Assembly (NCBI GenBank): GCA_965218585.1
Contig: CBDCLE010000014.1
Span: 1 to 64,000 of the forward strand
Reading direction: 5' to 3'
DNA length: 64,000 nt
Source of the DNA: Terriglobia bacterium
Lineage (GTDB): Bacteria > Acidobacteriota > Terriglobia > 20CM-2-55-15
Each line of letters begins with the position of its first letter. Positions within the stretch are counted from its first letter, which is position 1. The notes beneath the pieces are model-generated. The model saw nothing but the letters and a program-made list of their open reading frames with translations, was not told the origin of the DNA and did no database searches. The translations under genes and the position numbers were made by a program. This document shows, piece after piece, positions 1 through 10,979 of this stretch.

Positions 1-918
1 AAAGATGATGTTGGCTTCGCTGTCGGCCGCTTCGTAGATGACCCCCGAAGCTTCGCTGACCTCGTGCAACAACAGGTCGTTACCTCCTGTGATGTTGATC
101 AGTACGCCCTTAGCGCCCTGGATGGATTCCTCTTCCAGCAACCGGTTCGAAATAGCCCGTCGGGCCGCTTCTACAGCACGGTTCTCACCGGAAGCTACCC
201 CGGTACCCATGAGCGCCATTCCCATTCCGTGCATGACCGTCTTGACGTCGGCGAAATCCAGGTTGATCAGACCGGGAACGGTGATCAGATCGGAAATACC
301 CTGAACTGCCTGTCGCAGGATGTCGTCGGCAATATGAAAGGCATCGAAAAGGCTCGTCCCACGCTCCAGAGTCGCCAGCAATTGCTCGTTGGGAATCGTG
401 ATCACTGTGTCCACCGATTCCTGCAGGTTGGCCAGACCGAGGTCAGCCTGCGTCATACGTTTTCTGCCTTCAAAAGCGAAGGGTTTGGTGACAACCGCGA
501 CGGTCAATCCCCCCAGTTCCGCAGCCAGACTGGCTACGATGGGTGCCGCCCCCGTCCCGGTGCCACCTCCCAGGCCCGTGGTCACGAAGATCATGTCGGC
601 GCCTTCAAGAGCCTCGATGAGCTTCTCGGTGTCTTCCAGCGCAGCCTCCCGCCCAATCTCGGGATCTGCACCGGCGCCCAAACCCTTGGTCAATCTCGCA
701 CCAATCTGAATCTTTACCGGGGCTTTTGATTCCTGCAGAGCCTGCACATCAGTGTTCGCCACGAGGAACTCAACGCCTTCCACTCCCGCATCTATCATGC
801 GGTTGACAGCATTGGATCCGCCGCCACCGACGCCGATGACCTTGATGCAGGCACCGATCGCACGCTCCTCATCGAAAAGAAACCTGACCGGATTCTCAGT
901 AGGCACGTTTTTGGACAC
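1..918 (-). CDS. ftsZ: Cell division protein FtsZ (5' part; runs off the left edge)
   Basis: Hand translation from GTG at 918 (RBS aaggggg upstream) gives ...[18 protein letters not shown]...VANTDVQAL...[12 protein letters not shown]; lies after ftsA. Not in the ORF track because the stop is outside the window. Confidence 0.97.
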   Translation of the reverse strand, partial: MSKNVPTENPVRFLFDEERAIGACIKVIGVGGGGSNAVNRMIDAGVEGVEFLVANTDVQALQESKAPVKIQIGARLTKGLGAGADPEIGREAALEDTEKLIEALEGADMIFVTTGLGGGTGTGAAPIVASLAAELGGLTVAVVTKPFAFEGRKRMTQADLGLANLQESVDTVITIPNEQLLATLERGTSLFDAFHIADDILRQAVQGISDLITVPGLINLDFADVKTVMHGMGMALMGTGVASGENRAVEAARRAISNRLLEEESIQGAKGVLINITGGNDLLLHEVSEASGVIYEAADSEANIIF

Positions 919-929
919 TGTTTCCCCCT

Positions 930-1125
930 TGGTTACGCGAGTTACGTCGATGGATAGACGGACTACGCTGATCTATACGGATTGCTCGAATCGGTTGATC
1001 TGGACCGATTACGCTGCTTCGTATTTGGCCGCGAATCACGCGGAAAGATATGGCCTCAGATTGCGGGAACTCGTGCAATCCGTGGCTGCCATCAATCCGC
1101 GTAATCCGCGTCATTCTCCGTACAG
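930..1125. repeat. Degenerate short intergenic repeats (aatccgcg/aatccgtg type) between ftsA and ftsZ
   Basis: Recurring aatcacgcgg, aatccgtgg, aatccgcgtaatccgcgt and the complementary cggatt motif; no credible ORF. Confidence 0.45.
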
Positions 1126-1134
1126 TCCTGGTCA

Positions 1135-2350
1135 TCAGATGAATCCGCGCAATCGAGACATCATGCGTTTGAACGTAGACCCGGAATGTTCATGAAACTG
1201 GTGAGTTTTTCGCCTTCTCTGGCCGTAGGCGACGAGTCCGACGACTGTCGCGTATTCGGTATCGCTGAACCGGCCGTCGCTGAAGTCTTCCGGAAGACCG
1301 AGCCGGACCGGCAGGTCCAGTAACTCTTCGGTTAGTTCCGGAATCCCTTTGAGCAGGGGATCCACCTCCGGTCAGAACCGCTCCGGCACCGGCCTGGCGT
1401 TCGTAACCCGCACCACGTATTTCGTCACGAACAAAATGGACGATCTCTTCAGCTCTCGGCTGAAGAACGTCGCTCAGGATTCTCTGGCCGATGGTCCGTG
1501 CCTGCCGGGACCCAACTCCCGTAAACTCGATCACCATTTCTTCGTCCGTCATAGAAGCCAACACACAGCCAAATTCCTTTTTTAGTCTCTCCGCTTCAGG
1601 AATCGGAGTGCGAAGGCCCACGGCGATGTCGTTGGTAAAGTGATCGCTGCCGATAGGCAACACAACCGTGTGACGGACCGCACCATGGTGGTACACGGCT
1701 ACGTTAGTCTTGCCACCCCCGATATCAATGAGAACGCAACCTAACTCTTTTTCGTCGTCACTCAACGTTGCCTCGCCTCCCGCAATGGGCTCCAGAACCG
1801 TATCGGCTACTTCCAGGCCACTGCGGTTGACGGCTGTAACGATGTTCTGAGCTGCCGTCACGGAGCTCGTCACGATATGGACGTTGACTTCGAGACGGGT
1901 GCCGACCATTCCAAGCGGGTCTCCGATTCCTTCCTGATCATCGACGACGAATTCCTGCGGAATGATGTGGATGATTTCACGATCCGGCGCCAGCGCGACT
2001 GCCCTGGCTGTTTCGATGACACGGCGGACATCTTCCCGCGTTATTTCGCGCGACTGATTTGAAATCGGTATCGCCCCTTTGCTGTTAAAGCTGCGGATAT
2101 GCGGCCCGGCCAGACCCACAAACACTTCATCGACTTCGGAACCGGCCATTATTTCCGCCTCGTGGACGCTCCGCTTGATCGCCTCTACCGTTGCCTCCAG
2201 ATTTACGACGACGCCCTTCTTGAGTCCCTTAGAGTCGACCTTGCCGAAACCCACCGATTCCATGCTGCCATTACGCGCGGCGGCAATCAGAGTGCAGATC
2301 TTGGTCGAGCCGATGTCCAGCCCTACAATAGTTTTGTCTCTTCGCCCCAT
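1135..2350 (-). CDS. ftsA: Cell division protein FtsA (apparent 1-bp frameshift near 1356-1359)
   Basis: LDIGSTKI and LIDIGGGKT actin-fold motifs. Removing one base from the G-run at 1356-1359 joins ORF 1190..2350 (VLTGGGS) to ORF 1135..1365 (LLKGIPELTEELLDLPVRLG...YATVVGL), 405 codons. Confidence 0.93.
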
Positions 2351-3171
2351 ATGACGTTCCCTGCAGGTTCATCCTCTTCGGTTTGAATAATGACCTGATC
2401 TCGAAAGCGCAGGTCGACACGGAAAGCGCCGGGGTAATCCTCACGAATCTGCGCACTGATCCCGACGTATTTCTCCCAACGATCACGATGACTGGTCAAG
2501 CCCAGATCGATGACTATCGGGTCATCGATCGGAACTACGGACACATCGCCTGATTCGGCGACTTGAACCTCGGACAACTCGCTCTCTCCGATCGCTTCAA
2601 TGACTTCCCGGTAAATGTTGATCTTGATTTCGTTGCCCTCAGGATCATCGGCCTTAAGCCCATCGAGAATAGGCGCGTTGATTCCAGTCAATGCGTCCGG
2701 CGAAAGGACGACGCCTTCTATGTCCACCTGGAAGATCTCGGAATCGATTCGGGCCAGGGCGATCGGCTCTCGCTCGACAATAGACACGACAATCTCACTC
2801 GGCCACACGCGCTGTACGGAAGCATGTCGCACCCAGAGGATTTCTTCGACAGCCTCTCGAGTTTCTTCAAGGTTCACGCGCAACACATTGGTGCCCGGTG
2901 TGTACCCGACACGCGCCAGAATTTCGTTTTCAGTCACCCGATGGAGACCGGACACTGAAATTCTCCGGACTTCGAGCCGCTCGGTTTCGTATGCATAGCC
3001 GACAGTTTCATAAATTCCCCAACCGAGCCCTGAGAGCGCCAGAGCCCAGACCCCAACCTGGAGATAGTTCCGGGTCCGGCCCTTTGTCCCTGGCTTCGAT
3101 TTCGAAGGCCGGGATTTGGAAGATGGAAATCGAAACAGACTTGCCCACTGCCTGGTGCGGTTCTCAGTCAT
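2323..3171 (-). CDS. ftsQ: Cell division protein FtsQ/DivIB
   Basis: Basic N-terminus, single TM, POTRA-like WVRHASVQRVWP..VVSIVEREPIA, C-terminal VDLRF; located between murC and ftsA. Confidence 0.9.
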   Translation of the reverse strand: MTENRTRQWASLFRFPSSKSRPSKSKPGTKGRTRNYLQVGVWALALSGLGWGIYETVGYAYETERLEVRRISVSGLHRVTENEILARVGYTPGTNVLRVNLEETREAVEEILWVRHASVQRVWPSEIVVSIVEREPIALARIDSEIFQVDIEGVVLSPDALTGINAPILDGLKADDPEGNEIKINIYREVIEAIGESELSEVQVAESGDVSVVPIDDPIVIDLGLTSHRDRWEKYVGISAQIREDYPGAFRVDLRFRDQVIIQTEEDEPAGNVIWGEETKLL

Positions 3172-4546
3172 GAGGCACCTTCAAAGGCTCAAGCGCACCC
3201 AGACGATCAGCGAGGCTGGTTATGTTTCCAGCTCCCAGAATCAGAATCGCGTCCCCCGGGCGTGCGTTCTCTCTCATGTACGACTCGATGGTCTCCAGAT
3301 CGGGCGCGTAGATGACCTCTCCACGGCCGGAAGCGTTCATTCTCTCTACCAGCGCTGCCGACGTCACGCCTTCTATCGGTGTCTCTCCGGCAGGGTAGAT
3401 TTCAGTTATGAGAACAGCGTCAGCACCATCGAACGACCGTGCGAAATCTTCGAAGAGATGGTAGGTCCGGCTGTACCTGTGAGGTTGGAAACCCACCAGG
3501 ATTCTTTCAAAACCCGCGACGCGCGCTGCGTCGAGAACAGCACGTACCTCCGTGGGGTGGTGGGCATAATCGTCGATTACAGTAACCGGGCCCGCAGACT
3601 TGATCTCAAAGCGACGCTCGACGCCGCCGAATGCTTCAAGGCCGTCGGCAATCGTGTCCGGTGCGACACCCATTTCCAGCGCCGCGGCAAAGGCTGCAGC
3701 TGCATTCAGAACGTTGTGCATTCCGGGTACCCGAAGCGCACATTCCTGCCGACTGCTCCCGTTGTAGGAAAGAATGAAGCGGGAATGGAGTTTCTCGAAA
3801 ACGCAGTCAGAGACAGTGACATCCGCTGACTCGGAAGCTCCGAACGTGAGCACGCGTCGCTTGATCCGGTCTCTCACGGCCGCAACTGCCACACAATCTG
3901 CAGGCAGAACAACGACGCCGTAGAAAGGAACCTTGTTGACGAAGGAAACGAACGCGTCCTGGATATCCTCCAGGTCTCTGTAGTTGTCCAGGTGATCCGC
4001 TTCAACGTTGGTGACTACGGCTATTGTCGGCGAGAGCATGAGAAAGGACCGGTCACTTTCATCGGCCTCCAGCACAATGAACTCGCCTCTGCCGAGTCGC
4101 GCGTTTCTGCCTATCGTGTTGAGTCGTCCTCCGACAACGAACGTTGGATCGAGACCGGCGCCATCCAGAATCGTGGCAATCATCGACGTTGTGGTGGTCT
4201 TACCGTGTGTCCCTGCAACAGCAATCGTGTACTTCAGTCGCGCCAACTCTGCAAGCATCTCGGCTCGGGAGATGACGGGAATTTTCTGCGCCTCGGCTTC
4301 GACCAACTCCGGATTGTCTTCCCCAACAGCGGAGGAGCGAACGACCACATGCGCCCCAGTCACGTTTCCCTCTCGGTGCGAGGGAAAAACACCGGCGCCG
4401 GCTTCCACAAGCGCGTCAGTCACGGCGGACGCTTTCACGTCCGAACCGGTGACCTTGTAGCCAAGGGTCAGTAGCACTTCGGCGATTCCGCTCATACCGC
4501 TGCCGCCGATTCCGACGAAATGCACGTGTTTGATCCGCTGAAACAT
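3164..4546 (-). CDS. murC: UDP-N-acetylmuramate--L-alanine ligase
   Basis: GIGGSGMSG, AGTHGKTTT, EADESD, DDYAHHPTE, FQPHRYSRT. Confidence 0.98.
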   Translation of the reverse strand: MFQRIKHVHFVGIGGSGMSGIAEVLLTLGYKVTGSDVKASAVTDALVEAGAGVFPSHREGNVTGAHVVVRSSAVGEDNPELVEAEAQKIPVISRAEMLAELARLKYTIAVAGTHGKTTTTSMIATILDGAGLDPTFVVGGRLNTIGRNARLGRGEFIVLEADESDRSFLMLSPTIAVVTNVEADHLDNYRDLEDIQDAFVSFVNKVPFYGVVVLPADCVAVAAVRDRIKRRVLTFGASESADVTVSDCVFEKLHSRFILSYNGSSRQECALRVPGMHNVLNAAAAFAAALEMGVAPDTIADGLEAFGGVERRFEIKSAGPVTVIDDYAHHPTEVRAVLDAARVAGFERILVGFQPHRYSRTYHLFEDFARSFDGADAVLITEIYPAGETPIEGVTSAALVERMNASGRGEVIYAPDLETIESYMRENARPGDAILILGAGNITSLADRLGALEPLKVPHD

Positions 4547-5619
4547 CAGTTTTCTTGAGCTGCCCGCTCGATCAAATCCGCGATGCGAGCTTCCGCATCC
4601 AGGACCGCCATCGCCTTCGCGTTCTCTTCGATCCGGGTCAATGCCTCCGGTTTCCCTATAAGAGAGATGATCGCGCGCGCGAGCCTTTCACCCGTCAGGT
4701 CCAACGGATCGATCATTACCGCAGCCCCTCGTTCGACCATCGCCCGCGCGTTTCGCCGCTGATGGTCGTCGGCCGCAAACGGCAGAGGGATCAGCACCGC
4801 TGCCCGGCCGGCTGCCTGTATTTCGGCGACCGACGTGTTGCCGGCTCGGGACACAATCAGATCGGCATCCTGGTAGCAACTCTCGAAGCTCGAAAAGAAA
4901 CTGCTCACGCGAGCCTCAAAACCGGCGTCCTGATAAGCCGAACGAACGTCAGATTCCTGTCGCCGGCCGGTCTGATGCACGAACCGCAAATTCTCTTTCC
5001 ACTCCGAAAGCAGAGGCAACGCTTCGACAACCGCCTGATTGATCGATTCGGCTCCCTGGCTTCCACCCGTTATCAACACCGTAAACGGCGGATCATGCTC
5101 TTTAGGGCCGATCGCCTTGAACGCTTCACGAACGGGATTCCCGGTAACGACCGCGCGTCCCGGGAAATGACCCGCGGCCTGTTGATCGGGCACGGCCACA
5201 AAACTCGCACGCCGCCCTAACACCCTGTTCGACAAACCGGGCAAAATATTCTGCTCCATAAGGACCCGCGGTACTCCCCGAAGAGTGGCCGCACCGACCG
5301 CCGGGAACGAAGCGTAGCCGCCCAACCCGACAACCACATCGGGCTCAAAACGGGCCAACAGAACTAGCGACCGAATCACGGCAGCGCCCATCGCGACGAG
5401 GTTTCCCAGAGCGCGGACCCAGCCGACGCGCTTCACACCCCCTATGGGCAGGGTCACCAGTTCGAAGCCCTCGTCGGGCACAACACTGCTCTCGATGCCC
5501 TGCTTCGCTCCGACGAACAGGATCCGCGTATCGGGATCCCTGCGCAGCAACTCCCGCGCCACCGCGATTCCGGGCATCAGATGGCCACCTGTACCACCTC
5601 CTGCGATTATCGCTTTCAT
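4546..5619 (-). CDS. murG: Lipid II GlcNAc transferase MurG
   Basis: GGGTGGH, GGYAS, TGNPVR, GGSQGA, DDHQRRNA. Confidence 0.98.
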   Translation of the reverse strand: MKAIIAGGGTGGHLMPGIAVARELLRRDPDTRILFVGAKQGIESSVVPDEGFELVTLPIGGVKRVGWVRALGNLVAMGAAVIRSLVLLARFEPDVVVGLGGYASFPAVGAATLRGVPRVLMEQNILPGLSNRVLGRRASFVAVPDQQAAGHFPGRAVVTGNPVREAFKAIGPKEHDPPFTVLITGGSQGAESINQAVVEALPLLSEWKENLRFVHQTGRRQESDVRSAYQDAGFEARVSSFFSSFESCYQDADLIVSRAGNTSVAEIQAAGRAAVLIPLPFAADDHQRRNARAMVERGAAVMIDPLDLTGERLARAIISLIGKPEALTRIEENAKAMAVLDAEARIADLIERAAQEN

Positions 5620-5699
5620 AGTGACAGATCAGGACCGGTCGAACTTTTTTTTGGCCCGTAAAAACAAGAAGATACGGGCCTTCGGAAGAGTAAAAACAC

Positions 5700-6791
5700 T
5701 CAATCCCCATGCTGTGAAACGTTCATCAGGATCCCGACGCTGGCCAGCATGACCAGGAAGGAACTCCCCCCATAGCTCATGAAAGGAAGAGGAATCCCCT
5801 TGGTCGGCAACAGACCCAGAACGACACTCATGTTGATGAACGCCTGCAGCGCAACCATCATTGTGATTCCCAGTGCCAGATACGATCCGAACTGATCGGG
5901 CGCCTTCCAAGAGCTCCGCAGTCCGCGCCACATGAAAACGCCGAACAAGCCCAGAACCGCTATTGTGCCGATCAACCCCAGTTCCTCACCAACCACAGCA
6001 AATATGAAATCCGTATGTGGCTCAGGCAGATAGAAGAGCTTTTGCTGCCCTTCCATGTAACCGATGCCGCCAATGCCGCCCGTCCCCACCGATATCAACG
6101 ACTGAATAATCTGAAACCCGGTATCGAGGGGATCCGACCAGGGATCCATAAACGCGAAGATGCGCTCCCTACGCCAAGGCACCTGATAAACCAGAACGTA
6201 GAGCATCGGCGCGGCAAGAAGTGCAGCTGCGACCATCCATCCGATGTTCAGACCGGCGACGAAAAGAAGTGTCCCTACGACCGCGAGAATCGAAACCGCC
6301 GTTCCCAGGTCCGGCTGGAGGACGATCAATCCGCACACGATGAGACAGACCACCAGTACGGGAATCAGGCTGAACCTCAATTCATTGATCTGGTCTTTTC
6401 GTGTTTCCAGGAAATATGCCAGAAAAACGATCATCGAAATCTTCGCCAGTTCTGCGGGCTGAAAGGAAAGTCCGGCAAGGCGGATCCATCGATGGGTGTT
6501 GGCCGAGGTTGGCAATAGGTAAGCGAAAACCAACAACACCGTGACAATGGACAGCAGCGAAAACACCACTGCGGGATGCCGGAGACGATGGTAGTCCAGC
6601 CTCATCAGCGTAAACATGCCCACCAAACCCAGCAGCACTGCGATGACGTGCCGGAAGGAAAAATGATTCGGATCGTCGTACCACTCCTTCGCAATCACGG
6701 CGGAAGAACTGAAGACCATTGCCATTCCGACGACGACTAGGGCCAGGGTCGCGACGAATAAGATCCAGTCAGGTTTGAGTTTTCTGGCCAT
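5700..6791 (-). CDS. ftsW: SEDS peptidoglycan polymerase FtsW
   Basis: Multi-TM protein; RWI, FQPAELAK, QPDLGT, YLPEPHTDFIF, LPFMSYGGSS. Confidence 0.97.
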   Translation of the reverse strand: MARKLKPDWILFVATLALVVVGMAMVFSSSAVIAKEWYDDPNHFSFRHVIAVLLGLVGMFTLMRLDYHRLRHPAVVFSLLSIVTVLLVFAYLLPTSANTHRWIRLAGLSFQPAELAKISMIVFLAYFLETRKDQINELRFSLIPVLVVCLIVCGLIVLQPDLGTAVSILAVVGTLLFVAGLNIGWMVAAALLAAPMLYVLVYQVPWRRERIFAFMDPWSDPLDTGFQIIQSLISVGTGGIGGIGYMEGQQKLFYLPEPHTDFIFAVVGEELGLIGTIAVLGLFGVFMWRGLRSSWKAPDQFGSYLALGITMMVALQAFINMSVVLGLLPTKGIPLPFMSYGGSSFLVMLASVGILMNVSQHGD

Positions 6792-7070
6792 CTATTTAAT
6801 TAGCGTCGGGGACATCCATTAGCGTCGGGCCCACCGGCCCCCTACTCACCGAACCATCCGAGTGCACTGACATCTTCTTTATCCCATCTCTTCGGGAACC
6901 CCACCGCCGGGCCGGTCCCCCCACGCTGGTGACTATCTGGCAATCAAGTGCAAGAGGCCTCGCCATCAGGAGGATGGCGAGGGTCGCCCTGCTCTTAGAT
7001 AGGAGACCCGGACAAGATGTCCGAATGAACGATCGAGCGAAATCTTCCATCTTCAAGTTTCTGACTGACG

Positions 7071-8399
7071 TCACTTGTCACTGGCCACCTTCACATGCGA
7101 CCTCACAGCATTCTTAAAATCTCGTCCTCTTTCCTCATAGTTCTCATACATATCGAAACTTGCACAGGCCGGGGCCAGCAGGACAACTTCTCCAGGACGT
7201 GCCAGATCCGTTGCGGTATCTACGGCCTCCTGCATCGAACCCACACGGCTTGTCGGGGCCACATCGCCGATCGCCTGCTCCAGTTTTTCGGCTGCCGCGC
7301 CCAGCGTCAGAACCTGCCGGACCCGTCCCTTGATTGCCTCGACCAGAGGCTCCAACTTGGAATCCTTGTCCTTACCGCCAACAATGAGAATGATGTCTTG
7401 ATCAAAGGCCTCCATGGCCTTGACAGCGGAATCAACGTTGGTCGCCTTCGAGTCGTTCACAAACTCCACACCGTCAATGGTGGCTACGGTTTCCAGACGA
7501 TGTTCGACACCCTTAAAGTCGTGGATGGCTCCCGCCATCTGTTCCGGAGTGATCCCATAGACGTCCGCAACCAGAATCGATGCCAGAACGTTTTCAATAT
7601 TGTGGGCACCCCTCAGGGGCAGTTCCGACGCCCGAATAACACGGTGACCGCGAATCGAGAGAAACTCCCCCAGCAATCCTGCTGAGGAATCGAACTGCTC
7701 GGTCCGGCTGAAGAAACGCTGGCGCGCGGCAACTGGAACCGGAAGTGGAAACGACTGCGAATCGTCTCTGTTAATGAGGGCGAAATCTTCTTCGGTCTGA
7801 TTCCTGAACAGGTTGAACTTCGCCATCCGATAGCCAGCGAAATCCTCATATCGATCCAGGTGATCAGGCGTTATGTTCAGAAGTACTCCGACGCGGGGCC
7901 GAAACCCTCTTGAGCCGTCCAGCTGAAAACTGCTCACTTCCAAAACGTTGATCCCATCCTCCGAGGATGTCGCCACCAGATCCGATACCGCGATCCCGAT
8001 GTTTCCCCCAACCTGTACCGGTCGCGTTCCGGTCCCTAAGATTGCGGCCGCAAGGGATGTTGTCGTCGTCTTGCCGTTCGAACCGGTAACAGCGACGATG
8101 TCGCCCAGCAGGTATCTCGAAGCCACTTCCAACTCACCGGTCACTCGAACTCCATTGCTGCGCGCGGCATTCAACGCTTCGATATCGAGCGGGACGCCGG
8201 GGCTGACGATAACCTCGTCGGCATCTTTAAATTTCTTAATCGAGTGCCCTCCGGTTTCCAATGGGAAACCAAGTCGGTCGAATTCACTTCGCAGAGGCGG
8301 ATCCGGATTCGCATCCGATGCAAACACATCGAATCCGCGCGAACCCAGGAGTTGGGACACGGCCAGGCCACTCCGTCCCATGCCAACGACAACTACCAC
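7071..8399 (-). CDS. murD: UDP-MurNAc-L-Ala--D-glutamate ligase
   Basis: GMGRSG, SPGVP, TGSNGKTTT, EVSSFQL, NDSKATN, PACASFD. Confidence 0.98.
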   Translation of the reverse strand: MVVVVGMGRSGLAVSQLLGSRGFDVFASDANPDPPLRSEFDRLGFPLETGGHSIKKFKDADEVIVSPGVPLDIEALNAARSNGVRVTGELEVASRYLLGDIVAVTGSNGKTTTTSLAAAILGTGTRPVQVGGNIGIAVSDLVATSSEDGINVLEVSSFQLDGSRGFRPRVGVLLNITPDHLDRYEDFAGYRMAKFNLFRNQTEEDFALINRDDSQSFPLPVPVAARQRFFSRTEQFDSSAGLLGEFLSIRGHRVIRASELPLRGAHNIENVLASILVADVYGITPEQMAGAIHDFKGVEHRLETVATIDGVEFVNDSKATNVDSAVKAMEAFDQDIILIVGGKDKDSKLEPLVEAIKGRVRQVLTLGAAAEKLEQAIGDVAPTSRVGSMQEAVDTATDLARPGEVVLLAPACASFDMYENYEERGRDFKNAVRSHVKVASDK

Positions 8400-8436
8400 T
8401 TCAACCCCTCACCCATCCGTGTCATCCGCGTAACGG

Positions 8437-9585
8437 TCACCGCAGTTTGAGCGTCGTTAAACTGAACAGCGCGAACAACAAGGCTGCAATCCAAAACCGG
8501 ATAATGACCTTCGATTCCGTCCACCCCTCCAGTTCAAAGTGGTGATGCAGTGGCGCCATCCTGAAGATGCGCTTGCCCCGCCATTTGAAGGACGCAACCT
8601 GAGCGATGACCGAAAGGGCCTCTACAACGAAGATGCCGCCAATCGAGATCAGCAGGAGCTCCTGACGGATCACGACGGCAACCGTTCCAAGTGCCCCGCC
8701 AAGAGCCAGGGATCCGACGTCACCCATAAACACCTCTGCGGGATGGGCGTTGTACCAGAGGAAACCCATGCTCGCACCGGCCATGGAACCGCAGAAGATC
8801 GTCACTTCGGCGACGGGCGGAATGTACTGAAGGTCCAGATACTCTGAAAACACGAGGTGACCGGTAACGTACGTCACTACGGTCAACGCACCGGAGGCGA
8901 TCAATACCGATCCAATAGCCAGACCGTCGAGCCCGTCAGTCAAATTGACGGCGTTCGAAGCACCGACTACAACGACACCGATAAAAAGCAGGAACGGAAG
9001 ATAGGCCAGCAAGAACATCGGGGTCCCCACAAATGCCGACAACACGAGGTCCGGGGTGAAGGTCTTGAAGAACGGCACGGTCAACCGTGTTGAAAAGAGT
9101 TCCTGCGCTGCCAGGTCGATCAGGAAATAGCCGATGACGCATGTGACGAAAAGCTGTCCGCCGATCTTCGCGCGGGCACGAAGTCCGAGAGAACGCTTCT
9201 TCACGATCTTCAGGTAATCGTCAGCGAACCCGATCAGTCCAAAAGCAAGCGTCGATCCCACCAGCAACCACCCGAAGGGATTCTTCAGATCGGTCCACAG
9301 AAGCGTGGATACGACAATCGACACCACGATGAGTATGCCTCCCATCGTCGGTGTTCCGGCCTTGGACTGGTGAGATTCCGGCCCTTCCTCGCGGATGTTT
9401 TGCCCGATCTGAAATTCTCTCAGCCGTCGGATCAACCACGGCCCAAGTACGAAACTCAGTAGCAGCGCCGTGATGCTGGCCATGGCCGTGCGAACCGTAA
9501 TGTACTGGAATACGTTGAACACGCTGAGAGCAGACCAGTCCTCACTCAGCGGATAGATTCCTTCCCACAGCAGGTGGTACAGCAT
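8437..9585 (-). CDS. mraY: Phospho-MurNAc-pentapeptide translocase
   Basis: [41 protein letters not shown]. Confidence 0.98.
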   Translation of the reverse strand: MLYHLLWEGIYPLSEDWSALSVFNVFQYITVRTAMASITALLLSFVLGPWLIRRLREFQIGQNIREEGPESHQSKAGTPTMGGILIVVSIVVSTLLWTDLKNPFGWLLVGSTLAFGLIGFADDYLKIVKKRSLGLRARAKIGGQLFVTCVIGYFLIDLAAQELFSTRLTVPFFKTFTPDLVLSAFVGTPMFLLAYLPFLLFIGVVVVGASNAVNLTDGLDGLAIGSVLIASGALTVVTYVTGHLVFSEYLDLQYIPPVAEVTIFCGSMAGASMGFLWYNAHPAEVFMGDVGSLALGGALGTVAVVIRQELLLISIGGIFVVEALSVIAQVASFKWRGKRIFRMAPLHHHFELEGWTESKVIIRFWIAALLFALFSLTTLKLR

Positions 9586-10979
9586 TAAGGCTCCAAACTC
9601 GTAAACGAGAGTCGAAGAGTGTCGATAGCCTGTTCCAGGCGAACGCCGCGAGACGCTTTCATCAGAACGAGGTCGCCTTTGCGAACTGTGTTTGCCAGAA
9701 AGTCCCCGGCTTCGACAGTATCGGGTACGAAGCGGAGGCGTGATTCGTCCACGCCGGCCTCTCGCGCCCCGTCGATCAACGCTTCGGCGTTGCCCCGGAC
9801 ACCAACGATGAGGTCAATTCCAGCCTTGGCAGCTTCCTTTCCGCAGGTAGCGTGCAGTTTTCGACTTTCGTCCCCCAGTTCCAGCATCTCGCCGGCAACC
9901 AGGACACGGCGTTCGAATCCCGGAACTCTGGCCAGGGTTCGGATCATCTCGGTCAAGCCTTTCGGACTCGAGTTGTAGCAGTCGTCGATAAGGGCAAATC
10001 CTTCACGAAACTCGATAACGCTTCCCCTCATGCGTCCGGCAGACATACCCTCTACCGCACGCCGGATGTCCTCCCAGTCAATGCCCAGCGTGACTGCAAC
10101 GCTGATAGCGGCAGCCACGTTTACCACATTGTGCTCGCCCAGTAGCGGAAGTACGAAATTGATGTCCCGTCGACCGTGGTGCAGTGTAAAAGCTGTTCCT
10201 TCCAGGCCCAACGGTTCGATCTCGGTCACACGAAAGGCCGCCACTTTTCGAACCCCATACGTAACGATCTCCCCGTCGAACCTCCGGGCCATTGAACGGA
10301 CCCGGGAATCGTCGTTGTTCAAGTACGCACGCCTCTCACCGACGAGCCCCTCGAGAAGTTCCTCCTTTGCCCTGGCGATCTCGTCAACGGAGTTGAAGAA
10401 CTCCAGGTGGGCGGGGTTGACGTTGGTGATGACACCTTCATTGGGTTCGGCGATGGAGGCCAATTTCCGAATCTCGTCCGGAGCCGACATGCCCATCTCC
10501 AACACGGCGACGTCATGATAGGGTTCAGCCCGAAGCAGGCACAGCGGCAGACCGTACTCGTTGTTCATGTTTCCAACAGACCGGAGGACGCGAAACTTTC
10601 CACCCAGAACAGTTGCGACCATTTCCTTGGTAGTCGTTTTCCCAACGCTTCCGGTGATGGCAATGATCCGTTTTCCCCAACGGCGCCGAACCGACCGTGC
10701 AAGCTCCTGAAGCGCACCGAGCGTGGAGTCCACCGTGATGCAGGGGAAATTCTCCAATTCGCCGGACATACCTCGAGAGACGACCGCGCCGGAGGCTCCC
10801 TTCTGTGCGACTTCGGAAAGGTAGTCATGTCCATCGAATCGAGGCCCCTTGATGGCAAAAAACAACTCTCCCGTTTTTATTGATCGGCTGTCGATGGAGT
10901 ATCCGCGAACCTTAGCGCCTGTACTCCCCTCCAATTTGCCGCCAACGTCGGTGGCTATCTCACCGAGCGTTAAGTTCAT
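9585..10979 (-). CDS. murF: UDP-MurNAc-tripeptide--D-Ala-D-Ala ligase
   Basis: [38 protein letters not shown]; ATG at 10979 preferred as start. Confidence 0.97.
   Translation of the reverse strand: MNLTLGEIATDVGGKLEGSTGAKVRGYSIDSRSIKTGELFFAIKGPRFDGHDYLSEVAQKGASGAVVSRGMSGELENFPCITVDSTLGALQELARSVRRRWGKRIIAITGSVGKTTTKEMVATVLGGKFRVLRSVGNMNNEYGLPLCLLRAEPYHDVAVLEMGMSAPDEIRKLASIAEPNEGVITNVNPAHLEFFNSVDEIARAKEELLEGLVGERRAYLNNDDSRVRSMARRFDGEIVTYGVRKVAAFRVTEIEPLGLEGTAFTLHHGRRDINFVLPLLGEHNVVNVAAAISVAVTLGIDWEDIRRAVEGMSAGRMRGSVIEFREGFALIDDCYNSSPKGLTEMIRTLARVPGFERRVLVAGEMLELGDESRKLHATCGKEAAKAGIDLIVGVRGNAEALIDGAREAGVDESRLRFVPDTVEAGDFLANTVRKGDLVLMKASRGVRLEQAIDTLRLSFTSLEP

Noticed and set aside
3164-3171. murB and ddl missing between murC and ftsQ
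   Set aside because: dcw gene content varies between lineages and these genes are often elsewhere; not informative from one window.
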